A DNA stretch of 64,000 nucleotides. It comes from Nanobdellota archaeon (GTDB lineage: Archaea; Nanobdellota; Nanobdellia; Parvarchaeales; Parvarchaeaceae). Positions within the stretch are counted from its first letter, which is position 1. Every line of letters begins with the position of its first letter. The position numbers were made by a program, and so were the translations under genes. Below the pieces are notes generated by a model, which saw only the letters and a program-made list of their open reading frames with translations, was not told the origin of the DNA and did not search any database. Where the stretch lies: NCBI GenBank assembly GCA_021810345.1, contig JAJZIX010000003.1, positions 1,111 through 65,110 of the forward strand, read 5' to 3'. Positions 50,896 to 60,389 of the stretch are shown piece by piece.

Positions 50896-51054
50896 TTATT
50901 TATTCCTTGCCCACTTGAACTTTCTCTGGTCTTTCTTCATTATCATGTAGGTCATGCACCTTCTGCTACAGAAATTATAGACTGTACCGTCGTTCTTCGC
51001 GTACATTATCCCAGTGCCACGCCTTATCTCAGAACCACAAAAGCTGCATTTCAT
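50896..51054 (-). CDS. rpl24e: 50S ribosomal protein L24e
   Basis: Found by hand, not in the ORF track. 52 aa, MKCSFCGSEIRRGTGIMYAKNDGTVYNFCSRRCMTYMIMKKDQRKFKWARNK, a C4 zinc ribbon typical of L24e. Lies 2 nt after rps28e. Confidence 0.85.
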   Translation of the reverse strand: MKCSFCGSEIRRGTGIMYAKNDGTVYNFCSRRCMTYMIMKKDQRKFKWARNK

Positions 51055-51056
51055 AT

Positions 51057-51323
51057 CTACTTTATCGGAAGAGCCTCCATCTCAGTCTCCCTAAGAACTA
51101 GTATGTCTCCTACCACCGTTGGACCTCTAACGTTCCTTCTTATTATCTTGTCCTTGTCAAACCCCGAGAGGACCTTGCACTTCACTTGCGTGACTTCGCC
51201 AGCTACGCCCTGTCTGCCTACAATCTCGATTACCTCGGCTGGAAAACCTTCCGGGTTCTGAGGCTGAGTTTTTGTAGTCTGCTTGCTGGGAGAGTCCCTC
51301 TTTGGTTTGTTCTGTTGCTGCAT
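51057..51323 (-). CDS. rps28e: 30S ribosomal protein S28e
   Basis: [26 protein letters not shown]...[19 protein letters not shown] matches S28e. Confidence 0.9.
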   Translation of the reverse strand: MQQQNKPKRDSPSKQTTKTQPQNPEGFPAEVIEIVGRQGVAGEVTQVKCKVLSGFDKDKIIRRNVRGPTVVGDILVLRETEMEALPIK

Positions 51324-51327
51324 AAAA

Positions 51328-51696
51328 TCACTTTAGCTTGCTTATGAGCTCCTCGAGTGCGTGGGCCTCTTCACCTGCATTTGTTATAGCTATGGCGGCA
51401 GAGCCGACACTCATTCCCGCGGCTTTTCCGAGCTCAATCCTGCTTTTCACCTGTATGGAAGGAACTCCTTTATCCTTCGACAGAAGCGGCAAGTGCATTA
51501 TTATCTCCTTTGGCGAAACATCTGCTGCATACACCACCAGCTTGGCCTGAGACCTCTCAAGCGCCTTTGTTACTTCATTCACGCCCTTCTTGAATGAACC
51601 GCCCTTGGCCCTTATTTTTTCAAGCAAAGAATAGACCTGTGAATCCAGATCCTTTTCAACTTTCGCTTCATCTACCATATCAGCTACCTCCTCCAA
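51328..51696 (-). CDS. rpl7ae: 50S ribosomal protein L7Ae
   Basis: [37 protein letters not shown]...[24 protein letters not shown] Shine-Dalgarno sequence lies upstream. Confidence 0.9.
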   Translation of the reverse strand: MEEVADMVDEAKVEKDLDSQVYSLLEKIRAKGGSFKKGVNEVTKALERSQAKLVVYAADVSPKEIIMHLPLLSKDKGVPSIQVKSRIELGKAAGMSVGSAAIAITNAGEEAHALEELISKLK

Positions 51697-51797
51697 TTTT
51701 ATATTATAGTATCTAAATATCCAAGACTTTATAAGCTTTATTTTATACCAGCGAAAGAGTTAAATACTTCAAATCTGACTTAATGAGTTAGGTAAAT

Positions 51798-52106
51798 ATG
51801 CAGAAGGCCAGAATAAAACTCACTTCGACGGATGCGGACAAACTTGAAAATGTCTGCGATGATATAGTCGACATATCGAAAAAACTAGGCACAACGATAT
51901 CCGGCCCAATACCGCTTCCTACCAAAAAGATAAAGGTAACCACGCGAAGGTCGCCGTGCGGGTCCGGCAGAGAGAGCTACGAAACTTGGGAGATAAGGCT
52001 TCACAAAAAGATAATAGACATGCAGGCTGACCCAAAGGCGCTGCACTTGATAATGAAAACATCAGTTCCAAAGGAAGTAAATATAGAGATGGAGCTAATG
52101 GAGTGA
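51798..52106 (+). CDS. rps10: 30S ribosomal protein S10
   Basis: MQKARIKLTSTD...ISGPIPLPTKKIKVTTRRSP...WEIRLHKKIIDM matches S10. Confidence 0.85.
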   Translation: MQKARIKLTSTDADKLENVCDDIVDISKKLGTTISGPIPLPTKKIKVTTRRSPCGSGRESYETWEIRLHKKIIDMQADPKALHLIMKTSVPKEVNIEMELME

Positions 52107-52129
52107 TTCTTAAGATTTATTAACACGGA

Positions 52130-52852
52130 TTGACATCCATTTTAATGGACGCAATAAGAGAAGCAGGGGAAAAGCTTATTATAAGCGTTGTTATTCTGGG
52201 CTTTATAGTGACAGCACTATCGAGCTTTATAGCCAGCACCAGCAACGCTTCTATATATACTGGGTTTTCCACGATCGTAATCGATTTGGAGACGTTCCAC
52301 TTCAGCGCAGAGTACGGATTCCTGCTACTGTTTCTATCGCTTTTCATTGGAGTGTTTGCGGTTTATCTCTTTGAGTTTTTAGTGTCGTTCATCAGAAAAG
52401 AATTTGGAGGTGTGATTTATATGGCTCAGACAATTAAGTTCAGGAACCACTACATAGTATGCGGTGGCGGCAGGATAGGCGAGAGGGTTGCAGCAAACCT
52501 AAAAGAAAGGGGCAAAAAAGTCCTCATTGTCGAGAATCAAGAGAACAGGGCGATTGAACTGAAGAAGCTCGGCTTCAACGTACTGAAGGAGAATGCTCTT
52601 GAGGAGAAGACATACAAGCTTGCGAACATAGGTAAAGCGAAGGCTGTTTTCGCTGCACTCGGCCAGGATGTGGACAATTTCCTTGTGGTCCTCAATGCAA
52701 GAAGCCTGGCGCACGACATAAGGATAATAACAAGATGCAACTCAGTCAACAATATAATTAAATTCAAGGAATTGGGAGCAAATGATGTTGTGTTGCCGGA
52801 AATCGTCGGCGCGGACAGGATGATATACCTACTCGAGAAGAAAACCAAATAA
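52130..52852 (+). CDS. membrane protein with a TrkA-N/RCK NAD-binding domain
   Basis: Two N-terminal TM helices then a YIVCGGGRIGERVAANL Rossmann fold. No K+ selectivity filter is seen. Confidence 0.65.
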   Translation: MTSILMDAIREAGEKLIISVVILGFIVTALSSFIASTSNASIYTGFSTIVIDLETFHFSAEYGFLLLFLSLFIGVFAVYLFEFLVSFIRKEFGGVIYMAQTIKFRNHYIVCGGGRIGERVAANLKERGKKVLIVENQENRAIELKKLGFNVLKENALEEKTYKLANIGKAKAVFAALGQDVDNFLVVLNARSLAHDIRIITRCNSVNNIIKFKELGANDVVLPEIVGADRMIYLLEKKTK

Positions 52853-53322
52853 TGGACAGAAAACACTGGTTCAGGGAGCTTTCGCTCCTGATAGAAAGAG
52901 CACCGATAGAGATATTCATATTTGAGGTGCTGATCATAATTATACTAATCCAGTCAGCAGTGCTCCTTTTAGAGATAATATTTGGCGTCTTTATAACAGG
53001 GGTATTGGCAGAATCGGCGAAACTAGTGGTTAGAGAGAAAAGACCAAAAAATGCGGCTGAAAGAAAGATATACAGCAGGACCTTCAGACTCAACAGGAGA
53101 AGCTTTCCATCCGCTCATACTGCGATTGCAATGTTCTTCCCGGGGCTGCTTTTTGGTACCTTCTTGTTTATACCGACGCTTGTATTTGGTGTGTTCGTAG
53201 GGTATACACGCCTTTATCTGAAGGACCACTTCCCGCGGGATGTTGTGGCTGGCGGAGCCATAGGCCTGATCATAGGCTATCTTATGCCGATGGCCTTCAT
53301 AGCTTTAAGGCACATGATTTGA
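52852..53322 (+). CDS. PAP2-family lipid phosphatase
   Basis: KRPK..., PSAH and LKDHFPRDVVAG correspond to the three PAP2 motifs. Four TM helices. Confidence 0.75.
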   Translation: MDRKHWFRELSLLIERAPIEIFIFEVLIIIILIQSAVLLLEIIFGVFITGVLAESAKLVVREKRPKNAAERKIYSRTFRLNRRSFPSAHTAIAMFFPGLLFGTFLFIPTLVFGVFVGYTRLYLKDHFPRDVVAGGAIGLIIGYLMPMAFIALRHMI

Positions 53323-53390
53323 CTCCAAAAGCAGAGAATTAAAATTTTAAATTGTGGAGTTCATATTAATATTGACGGTGCCTCATAATT

Positions 53391-55427
53391 TTGTATATGA
53401 AAAACGATTACGATGAAGTGATTTCCTCTTTTGTGAATAGAAAGTTAAAAGAGCAGATCAAGAGGGCAGTGGCCCTTAAGAAGTCGTCGATAATCGTAGA
53501 CTTTAAGGATGTAGACGATTTCTCCCCGGAGTTGGGAGACTATCTGATAAAAAGTCCGGAAGAGGCGGTAGAATCGATAAAATACTTCATAAACGAGACA
53601 GAAATTCCCTTCAGGGGGACCGGGCTTGAGGTCAGGGTAAAAAACCTGCCGAGCACTGCCCAGATCCTTATAAGTGAGATCAGGAGCAAGCATATAGGAA
53701 AACTTATACAGACCACAGGGTTGATAAAAGTAGCTGTCAGCGTCAAACCTGTCGCAAAATCAATAGACTTTGAATGCCAAAGCTGCGGACACGTTATAAA
53801 GGTAGAACAGAAGGAAAGGACAACCAAGCAGCCAGCAATATGCCCAAACTGCGGCAAAAAAGGACATTTCAAGGTAATAAACAAGGAGCTAATTGACACC
53901 CAGAAGATAATACTGGAAGAAGCACCCGAAGACCTTGTCGGCGGGGCACAGCCTGAGCACATAAATGTCATACTAAAGGGGGATTTAGTGGACCCGAAAT
54001 TTGAGAAAAACATAATACCTGGCAACAAAGTGGTGGTCTCTGGCATTGTCAACGAGGAACCTATAATATATCCGAGCGGAAAGAAGTCTAACACCTCGGA
54101 TGTGTTTATATCCGCCTCATACATCGAAGCGCTGGAGCAGGGATACGAAGAGATAGAAATATCCAAAGAAGAAGAGATGATAATAAAAGAACTTGCAAGC
54201 GACAAGCTCATCTACAGCAAATTTCGCGGCTCTATAGCCCCAAACATATTCGGCTATGACTACATAAAGGACGCGGTGGTCCTCCAGCTTTTTGGTGGAG
54301 TCAGGAAGGAATCCGGCGACAAATCAAGCGCAATAAGGGGGGACCTGCACATACTACTGGTCGGAGACCCCGGAGTTTCGAAAAGTACACTCCTGAAGTA
54401 TGTAAGCACAATAGCTCCAAAGGCCAGGTACGTCACCGGAACCGGGTCAAGCGCTGCTGGGCTTACTGCAACAATACTGAAAGATGAAGCGACAAGAAGC
54501 TACATACTCGAAGCAGGCGCCATGCCTTTGACAAACAAGGGTCTTCTGGCGATAGACGAGATAGACAAGATGAACAAGGAAGACAGGGTTGCGCTGCACG
54601 AGGCGCTTGAGCAGCAGACAATAACGATTTCAAAAGCCAATATACATGCAACGCTGTCAGCACAGACAAGCGTACTTGCAGCTGCAAATCCAAAGCTTGG
54701 TAGATTCAATGCCTTTGATGTGATAGCAGCACAGATAGAGCTGCCGCCAACACTGATAAACAGGTTTGATCTAATATTTATAATGAGGGACAGGCCCAAC
54801 GAAGAAAACGACAAAAGGATAGCCAAAAGGATCCTAGAAGCGAATAAAGACATAAACAAGAACAAGCCAGAGATACCAACGACAATAATGAAGAAGTATA
54901 TAGCTTACGCAAAGCAGAACGTAAAGCCGACGCTGTCAGAAGAGGCGATGAAAGTTATAGAAGACTTTTACCTCAAGCTTAGATCGCAGTATTCCACTGA
55001 AGGAGAGGAAGTAAAGCCGATACCAATATCCGCTAGGCAACTGGAAGCGCTTGTCAGGATGACGGAGGCTTCGGCTAAAGTGAGGCTATCTGATATGGCA
55101 GTTATTGAGGATGCGAAACGCGCAGTGGACTTGATGATGTCCTACCTTGGTGAAGTAGGGGTGGACAAAAGCACTGGCGAGCTTGACATAGACAGGGTCA
55201 TAACGGGTATCTCATCCTCGCAGAGGGGCATGATACTATCGGTCAAATCAATAATAAAAACAGAGATAGAGGCGCTGCCAAGCGGAGCGATGCTGCCAAT
55301 AACAAAAGTCTATGAGGACGCGGAGAAAAGTGGTGTAGACAAGGATAAAGTCGACACTGCGATATCGGTATTGAAGAGGGAGGGTGAAATATTCGAGCCT
55401 AAATTCGGATTCATAAAGCTGGTATGA
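53391..55427 (+). CDS. mcm: MCM replicative helicase (no intein)
   Basis: 678 aa with a C4 zinc motif, Walker A GDPGVSKS, Walker B LAIDEIDKM and an arginine finger region. Uninterrupted. Confidence 0.95.
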   Translation: MYMKNDYDEVISSFVNRKLKEQIKRAVALKKSSIIVDFKDVDDFSPELGDYLIKSPEEAVESIKYFINETEIPFRGTGLEVRVKNLPSTAQILISEIRSKHIGKLIQTTGLIKVAVSVKPVAKSIDFECQSCGHVIKVEQKERTTKQPAICPNCGKKGHFKVINKELIDTQKIILEEAPEDLVGGAQPEHINVILKGDLVDPKFEKNIIPGNKVVVSGIVNEEPIIYPSGKKSNTSDVFISASYIEALEQGYEEIEISKEEEMIIKELASDKLIYSKFRGSIAPNIFGYDYIKDAVVLQLFGGVRKESGDKSSAIRGDLHILLVGDPGVSKSTLLKYVSTIAPKARYVTGTGSSAAGLTATILKDEATRSYILEAGAMPLTNKGLLAIDEIDKMNKEDRVALHEALEQQTITISKANIHATLSAQTSVLAAANPKLGRFNAFDVIAAQIELPPTLINRFDLIFIMRDRPNEENDKRIAKRILEANKDINKNKPEIPTTIMKKYIAYAKQNVKPTLSEEAMKVIEDFYLKLRSQYSTEGEEVKPIPISARQLEALVRMTEASAKVRLSDMAVIEDAKRAVDLMMSYLGEVGVDKSTGELDIDRVITGISSSQRGMILSVKSIIKTEIEALPSGAMLPITKVYEDAEKSGVDKDKVDTAISVLKREGEIFEPKFGFIKLV

Positions 55428-55428
55428 T

Positions 55429-55833
55429 ATGGATTTCACCTTTTTCCTGCTCCCACTATCGGTAATACAAGACGGTAAAAAGGCAGCTGATGACGACGGA
55501 AATTTCCTTGAGCTGGGAAGCAGCAAGATATACCGCTTACACATCATTGGATCGGTCTACACTATGGAGACTAATGAGGAGACCGGCAGCGGCTACCTGG
55601 TAGTTGATGACACTTTCTCATCGATCCTGGTCCATTTTCAGAAGCAGTCATTCCAGTCGATTGAAAACGTAAACAAAGGCGATTTTATAGAGGTGCTGGG
55701 CACGATTGACGTCTACAACGACTCAATAACGCTGTCCTTGAACAACCTTGCACCAATAAGTTTAAGTAGATACTGTTACAATAAGATACAGAGCATAGTA
55801 AATTTAGGGGTAATAAATGGAAGAAAACTATGA
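55429..55833 (+). CDS. hypothetical OB-fold-like protein
   Basis: 134 aa. IYRLHIIGSVY...GYLVVDD...GDFIEVLGTIDVY resembles an OB-fold. Overlaps the next gene's start. Confidence 0.4.
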   Translation: MDFTFFLLPLSVIQDGKKAADDDGNFLELGSSKIYRLHIIGSVYTMETNEETGSGYLVVDDTFSSILVHFQKQSFQSIENVNKGDFIEVLGTIDVYNDSITLSLNNLAPISLSRYCYNKIQSIVNLGVINGRKL

Positions 55834-56224
55834 TGATCTTGTTAGTAAGATACTGAAGGAGAGGAAAACTGGCAGCGGCAACAGGTTTGAGCCTCCGGAC
55901 ATAGATGTTTTTCAAGTAGGCCAGAAAACCGTTGTAAACGTGGAGAAATTCGCCAAGTACATAAACAGGCCGGTTGTACATATATCAAAGTTCCTAATGC
56001 ACGAGCTCACTGCGCCTGGCCAGGTCGATGAAACGGGGAAAATAACGCTCGGAGGCAGGTTCTCCAAAAGGGTAGTGATGGAGAAGATGGACCATTACGT
56101 CAAGGAATATGTTATATGCAAGCAGTGTGGATCACCAGACACGCAGATGAGGAAAGTTGACAAGAACTTCTTTATAAAATGTCTAGGCTGTGGAGCGGAG
56201 TACCCTGTTGGAAGGCTGAAGTGA
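55817..56224 (+). CDS. eif2b: translation initiation factor aIF-2 beta
   Basis: 135 aa with a C-terminal C4 zinc ribbon CKQCGSPDT...CLGCG and conserved core. Confidence 0.9.
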   Translation: MEENYDDLVSKILKERKTGSGNRFEPPDIDVFQVGQKTVVNVEKFAKYINRPVVHISKFLMHELTAPGQVDETGKITLGGRFSKRVVMEKMDHYVKEYVICKQCGSPDTQMRKVDKNFFIKCLGCGAEYPVGRLK

Positions 56225-56225
56225 T

Positions 56226-56534
56226 ATGGGGAAGTTCACAATGAAGAAACATACGGACACGGCTGGCAGGGAGGTGCTGGCAGTGAGCGACTCCGACCTT
56301 GTCGGCAAAACACTCTACGATGATGACAAAGAGATAGAGTTTTTGGTTTCACGCGAGTTCTATGCTGAGGAGGAGCTAGACGAACAGGATGTGATTTCAG
56401 CGCTGTCTTCTTCCGGGAACATAAACCTTATAGGCAATGAAATAGTTGACATAGCAATAAAAGAAAAGATAGTCGATGAGGACGCTGTAATAGATATAGG
56501 AGGAACAAAGCATGCACAGGTATACAGGATTTAG
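56226..56534 (+). CDS. conserved hypothetical protein (DUF424-like, a frequent aIF-2beta neighbour)
   Basis: 102 aa acidic protein immediately after aIF-2beta. Confidence 0.45.
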   Translation: MGKFTMKKHTDTAGREVLAVSDSDLVGKTLYDDDKEIEFLVSREFYAEEELDEQDVISALSSSGNINLIGNEIVDIAIKEKIVDEDAVIDIGGTKHAQVYRI

Positions 56535-56546
56535 GGAGCTGGATTT

Positions 56547-56843
56547 ATGACGGGAGCGCCGTACTTTAGATACCCAAAGAAGGATGAAGTTGTGGGGTAC
56601 ATCATGCAGCTGCTCGGATTCGGCAGGATGTATGTGAAATGCTCCGACGGTAAGATAAGGCTGTGCCAGGTAAAGGGGAGTCTGAGCAGGTATCTCTGGA
56701 TAAGCGAAGGAGATCTTGTTCTAGTAAAGCCATGGGAAGTGGAAAAAGACAAAAAGGGCGATGTGCTCTACAAGTATGACCGAGGCAGCTGGGCTGACCT
56801 TAAAGCAAAAGGATTCTTTGATGACGGCATCTTCAGCAGCTAG
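56547..56843 (+). CDS. eif1a: translation initiation factor aIF-1A
   Basis: VVGYIMQLLGFGRMYVKCSDGKIRLCQVKGSLSRYLWISEGDLVLVKPWE matches the eIF-1A S1-like fold. Confidence 0.85.
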   Translation: MTGAPYFRYPKKDEVVGYIMQLLGFGRMYVKCSDGKIRLCQVKGSLSRYLWISEGDLVLVKPWEVEKDKKGDVLYKYDRGSWADLKAKGFFDDGIFSS

Positions 56844-57307
56844 CGCTGCGTCGCTGACATTATACCTGTGGAAACCAAAAGAGAGTATTCTGGTAGGTTT
56901 TGCGTGTAGTTGACCGTTCCAATGTAGGACATTACGATTGAAAAAGGCAGAATTAGGCTGCCTTTGTTACATGAAGGACTAGAGTAATAGAAGCTGCGGC
57001 TGCTGCCAGCTGGAACGACGGCACCCTGCGGCACAGCAAGGTCCACTTTGGTGCCATTGTAAAGCTTAAGCGTTGCCGAGTAGATTCCTATCTGTGAGCT
57101 TGTCGGGTTGACAACATCCATCTGTGAACCGGCGACAGAGCAATTGAAGCTGATAGATGGGAGCTGTGAATGGACACTTGTCTCCAGCAGGCCAGATGAA
57201 TATCCTATAACAACAAATAGCAATGACAGTATAAGAATGAATATCACTACTAACAGTATTACCCCGCCGACAGCTTCAAACTTTCGGTTTTTGCTGGCCA
57301 TGAGCAT
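56840..57307 (-). CDS. small secreted or signal-anchored S-rich protein (155 aa)
   Basis: N-terminus MLMASKNRKFEAVGGVILLVVIFILILSLLFVVIG. Located directly downstream of rpoD. Confidence 0.55.
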   Translation of the reverse strand: MLMASKNRKFEAVGGVILLVVIFILILSLLFVVIGYSSGLLETSVHSQLPSISFNCSVAGSQMDVVNPTSSQIGIYSATLKLYNGTKVDLAVPQGAVVPAGSSRSFYYSSPSCNKGSLILPFSIVMSYIGTVNYTQNLPEYSLLVSTGIMSATQR

Positions 57308-57312
57308 TAAGA

Positions 57313-58062
57313 TCAGACGTTAGCTGAGATTTCAGACACTTCATCGCTTAGAGCATCGATTGCCTCGGACATTATCTCCTTAGGCTCGAGCTGGCCCCAG
57401 CTTTCAACGACAAAAACAACCTTATCCGGATCGGACGATATTTTTATTACATCCTCCCCGGCAAAATCCTCGCACGCTTTGCACAATATGCATTCCTGTA
57501 GCTTACCTTTCTTAACTGACAGAGAGTCTCCCGAGCCTTCTAGTATGTTGACTGGACACAAGGCGGCTATTTTTGATGCGTTCTTGACGCTACCGCTCTT
57601 TATTGAGATCTGAGGATAAAAATGGTAAAACGCGTGACCAGGGCTGAATTTTGCATGCTCGGAGCCATTGCCAAAAACTGCCTTCGCTTCAAGCTCTACA
57701 GCCTCTCCCTCCCTAAGGTTTATTATTAGCATGTCGCCGTAAACCGGTATTACATCCTTGTCTGATGGGACAAGATCCGAGGCGTGAACCGCTTTTGGCC
57801 CCATCTCCTTAAGCTTGAAAGTGAACTCCTTCTTGCTTTTCTTCAGCTCCGGAAAAGTCTTTAAAGGTATCAGTCCAAGCCTAGACGCAAGCACTTCGTC
57901 GTACATTGTACTGGTATTCTTGTACACAGTGACATCTTCTATTGCGAGAGTTTCCACGCTGTTTATTATAGCCCTTCTTAGGGCATTAACAAGCGACAGC
58001 TTGAAGCCAGACAGCACGAATGATACTTTGCCATTCTCTTGCTTGATAATAGAAGCTTCCAT
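57313..58062 (-). CDS. rpoD: DNA-directed RNA polymerase subunit D (Rpo3) with a 4-Cys ferredoxin-like insert
   Basis: 249 aa. Conserved RpoD N-terminus plus ALCPVN...CILCKAC. Confidence 0.9.
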   Translation of the reverse strand: MEASIIKQENGKVSFVLSGFKLSLVNALRRAIINSVETLAIEDVTVYKNTSTMYDEVLASRLGLIPLKTFPELKKSKKEFTFKLKEMGPKAVHASDLVPSDKDVIPVYGDMLIINLREGEAVELEAKAVFGNGSEHAKFSPGHAFYHFYPQISIKSGSVKNASKIAALCPVNILEGSGDSLSVKKGKLQECILCKACEDFAGEDVIKISSDPDKVVFVVESWGQLEPKEIMSEAIDALSDEVSEISANV

Positions 58063-58458
58063 TTACATCCTCCTCCCTCTTCTTCCACCTGCCCTCTTGC
58101 AGCCGTCATGTGGCACAGGAGTCACGTTTTCTATGCTTAGAATCCTTATGCCGGAGCGCTCGAGTGCCTTTATCGCAGACCTTGCGCCAGGCCCAACGGT
58201 CTTGGATTTTATACCGCCGACTGCTCTCACCTTTATATAGACGGACCTTATGCCTTTTGCTGAGATATCCTCTGCAACTTTCTTTGCTGCGTCCATTGCA
58301 GCACGCGGGGACGAACCGAGCCTGTCGGCCTTGACTTGCGATCCGCCAGTTTTTATCGAAAATGTATGCGCATTGCTTGCGTCAGTTACGTGGATTATAG
58401 TATTGTTCATCGTCGCATATATGTGAGCTATTCCAACGTGTTCTTTTTCCATGATCAT
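58063..58458 (-). CDS. rps11: 30S ribosomal protein S11
   Basis: [18 protein letters not shown]...GGRRGRRM. Overlaps rps4 in an ATGA arrangement. Confidence 0.9.
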   Translation of the reverse strand: MIMEKEHVGIAHIYATMNNTIIHVTDASNAHTFSIKTGGSQVKADRLGSSPRAAMDAAKKVAEDISAKGIRSVYIKVRAVGGIKSKTVGPGARSAIKALERSGIRILSIENVTPVPHDGCKRAGGRRGRRM

Positions 58459-58979
58459 TCAGCCTTTTTTCCGTGTATCGGGTGTGTCGGAGATAACAAA
58501 GGGGATTTCTCAGAGTATGAAATCTGATCCTCTTCATCTTTCTTCACCGGATAAGTTGGAGAGTCTATCGATTTTCCGGCAACGACTATGTGCCTGTGGG
58601 TTATGATCTGCCTTGCTTCCCTGATGCTCCTGGCCATACCCTTCTTTAGTACTATCGTTTGAAGCCTCCTATCCATGAGATTTTCGAGCGATAAGCTCAG
58701 CACATCGTCCACACTCGCATCCTCTTTAACAAGGCCCATCGAATTCAGCTTCCTGATAAACTCTTTTTCCTCCTCGAGTCCCTCATTCAGTGCCTTTAGC
58801 CCAACAAGGTCTCTTGCGCGCTTCCTTATGCTCCTTAAGTCGTACTCGACTTTCCACAGTTCCTTCTTGTTCTTGAATCCATACTTTGACTTTAGCTCAT
58901 AGTCCCTTTTGATCCTGGGCTTATCCCATATCTTCAATGGTGGCTTGTACTTTTTTGATGGTCTCTTGCTAGTTCCCAT
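58455..58979 (-). CDS. rps4: 30S ribosomal protein S4
   Basis: Start refined to [14 protein letters not shown], 1 nt after the rps13 stop (TGAtATG). The ORF track extends to 59075. Confidence 0.85.
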   Translation of the reverse strand: MGTSKRPSKKYKPPLKIWDKPRIKRDYELKSKYGFKNKKELWKVEYDLRSIRKRARDLVGLKALNEGLEEEKEFIRKLNSMGLVKEDASVDDVLSLSLENLMDRRLQTIVLKKGMARSIREARQIITHRHIVVAGKSIDSPTYPVKKDEEDQISYSEKSPLLSPTHPIHGKKAE

Positions 58980-58980
58980 A

Positions 58981-59529
58981 TCACTTACCTGCTCCCGCCG
59001 CCGGTTTTTGCTGCTGCTGGGCAGTCTTCTTCGTAACACCCAATGATCTTCCAACACGGCCTTTGAAGTTAGCACCTCTTGATTTCACTCTCTGTCCACG
59101 GAGCTTGTAGCTGAAAGAATGCCTGTAGCCTCTGTACGATCTGCTGTCCTTCAAAGCTTGAATGTGCATTGCCATCCTCGACCTAAGATCAGTGCTTATA
59201 AAATGGTAATCCGAACCTGTTGTTTCGTCTCTTCTCCAGTTCAGGGCCCAGCTGGGTATACCGAATTTCATTGGATTTTTAAGCGCATCCTTGAGCTTTT
59301 CCATCGACGGCCCGTCTATGTCCTGTAAATGCTTGCTACCGTCTATGTTCAGGACTTTTAGAATTGCGTTTGAATACGAGAAGCCCACTCCCTTTATTTC
59401 CCTAAGGGCATCGCTGACCTTCTTATTGCCGTCTATGTCCGTGTCGGCTATCCTTATTATCTTGCGATCCTGGGGCTGCTGTTTCTGCTGCTGCCTCTGG
59501 GCCTTACCACTTGTTTTTTCCACCTGCAT
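58981..59529 (-). CDS. rps13: 30S ribosomal protein S13
   Basis: KIIRIADTDIDGNKKV...GYRHSFSYKLRGQRVKSRG matches S13. It carries a Gln-rich N-terminal extension. Confidence 0.9.
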   Translation of the reverse strand: MQVEKTSGKAQRQQQKQQPQDRKIIRIADTDIDGNKKVSDALREIKGVGFSYSNAILKVLNIDGSKHLQDIDGPSMEKLKDALKNPMKFGIPSWALNWRRDETTGSDYHFISTDLRSRMAMHIQALKDSRSYRGYRHSFSYKLRGQRVKSRGANFKGRVGRSLGVTKKTAQQQQKPAAGAGK

Positions 59530-59841
59530 ATTTGTTTAGGATATCAATTTGGCTATTTAAATGTTAGTGATAGCATCAACTTATTTTCTCTCTTTTACGA
59601 GATACTCATAAGACGCACCAGTGATTATCTTCCGTGTTCTGGATGGGAACGGGATTTGCCGCTGGCCTATGGACGCTATCACCTTATATAGGCTTTGCAT
59701 GCTTTAAAAAGCTTTACTGCGCCCTAAGAAATTGACACTTACCCCTCAGGAGCGAGATAAATTAATAATGAAGTGGTATCTGTTTTTCGATTCTGATTTA
59801 GAGCTATTTAAACTGAAAACAAAAAACCTAACGCCACATCA

Positions 59842-60300
59842 TTAATCGGGCAGAAAGACAAATTCAGCACTTGGGGCAGGCTCCACACTGCCTACAGCCG
59901 ACCATACTTCCGTAACGCTTTTGTCGACCTTATTTTTTGCACCGTTTTCCCTGCCGAATGCTGTAATCTCCGTCAGAACGAGATGTTTTACGCTCTTTGA
60001 GTGGACCGCATCTGGACTAAAATAGTGGTATACATTATCATAGGGCCTGCCATCTCTTGGGTACACAAGAAGGTAACTGTGGGCCATCCTTTTATACAGG
60101 CTGTTCACGAGTACCTCCAAGTTCTCACTGTCGTTAAGCCTATCAAGGCCGATATACTCGACTCCGCTCAGCAGATAATTAGTGAACCGTATAGAAGCAC
60201 CAAGATCAAACTTCAGAGATTTATGCAGGGAATCCACCCCCTGTATGGGCCGGCATAAGTTTGTTAGAAGACCCAGCTCAAGATAACTTATGCGATCCAT
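59842..60300 (-). CDS. hypothetical protein
   Basis: 152 aa with no recognisable motif. Confidence 0.4.
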   Translation of the reverse strand: MDRISYLELGLLTNLCRPIQGVDSLHKSLKFDLGASIRFTNYLLSGVEYIGLDRLNDSENLEVLVNSLYKRMAHSYLLVYPRDGRPYDNVYHYFSPDAVHSKSVKHLVLTEITAFGRENGAKNKVDKSVTEVWSAVGSVEPAPSAEFVFLPD

Positions 60301-60389
60301 AATATCTGTTAAGAGGGGATTTTATATTTATATTTTAGTGGTTGTGGAACTGGACAAAAACTTAAATAGTATGAGGCATATAACGTAGA

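Noticed and set aside
39994-55427. Inteins in atpA, mcm or lonB
   Set aside because: All three proteins are of canonical length with contiguous motifs. There is no inserted Hint or endonuclease block.
59530-59841. C/D-box sRNA candidate (AATGAAG ... CTGA)
   Set aside because: The C box deviates from RUGAUGA. No paired C'/D' boxes or guide-length spacing.
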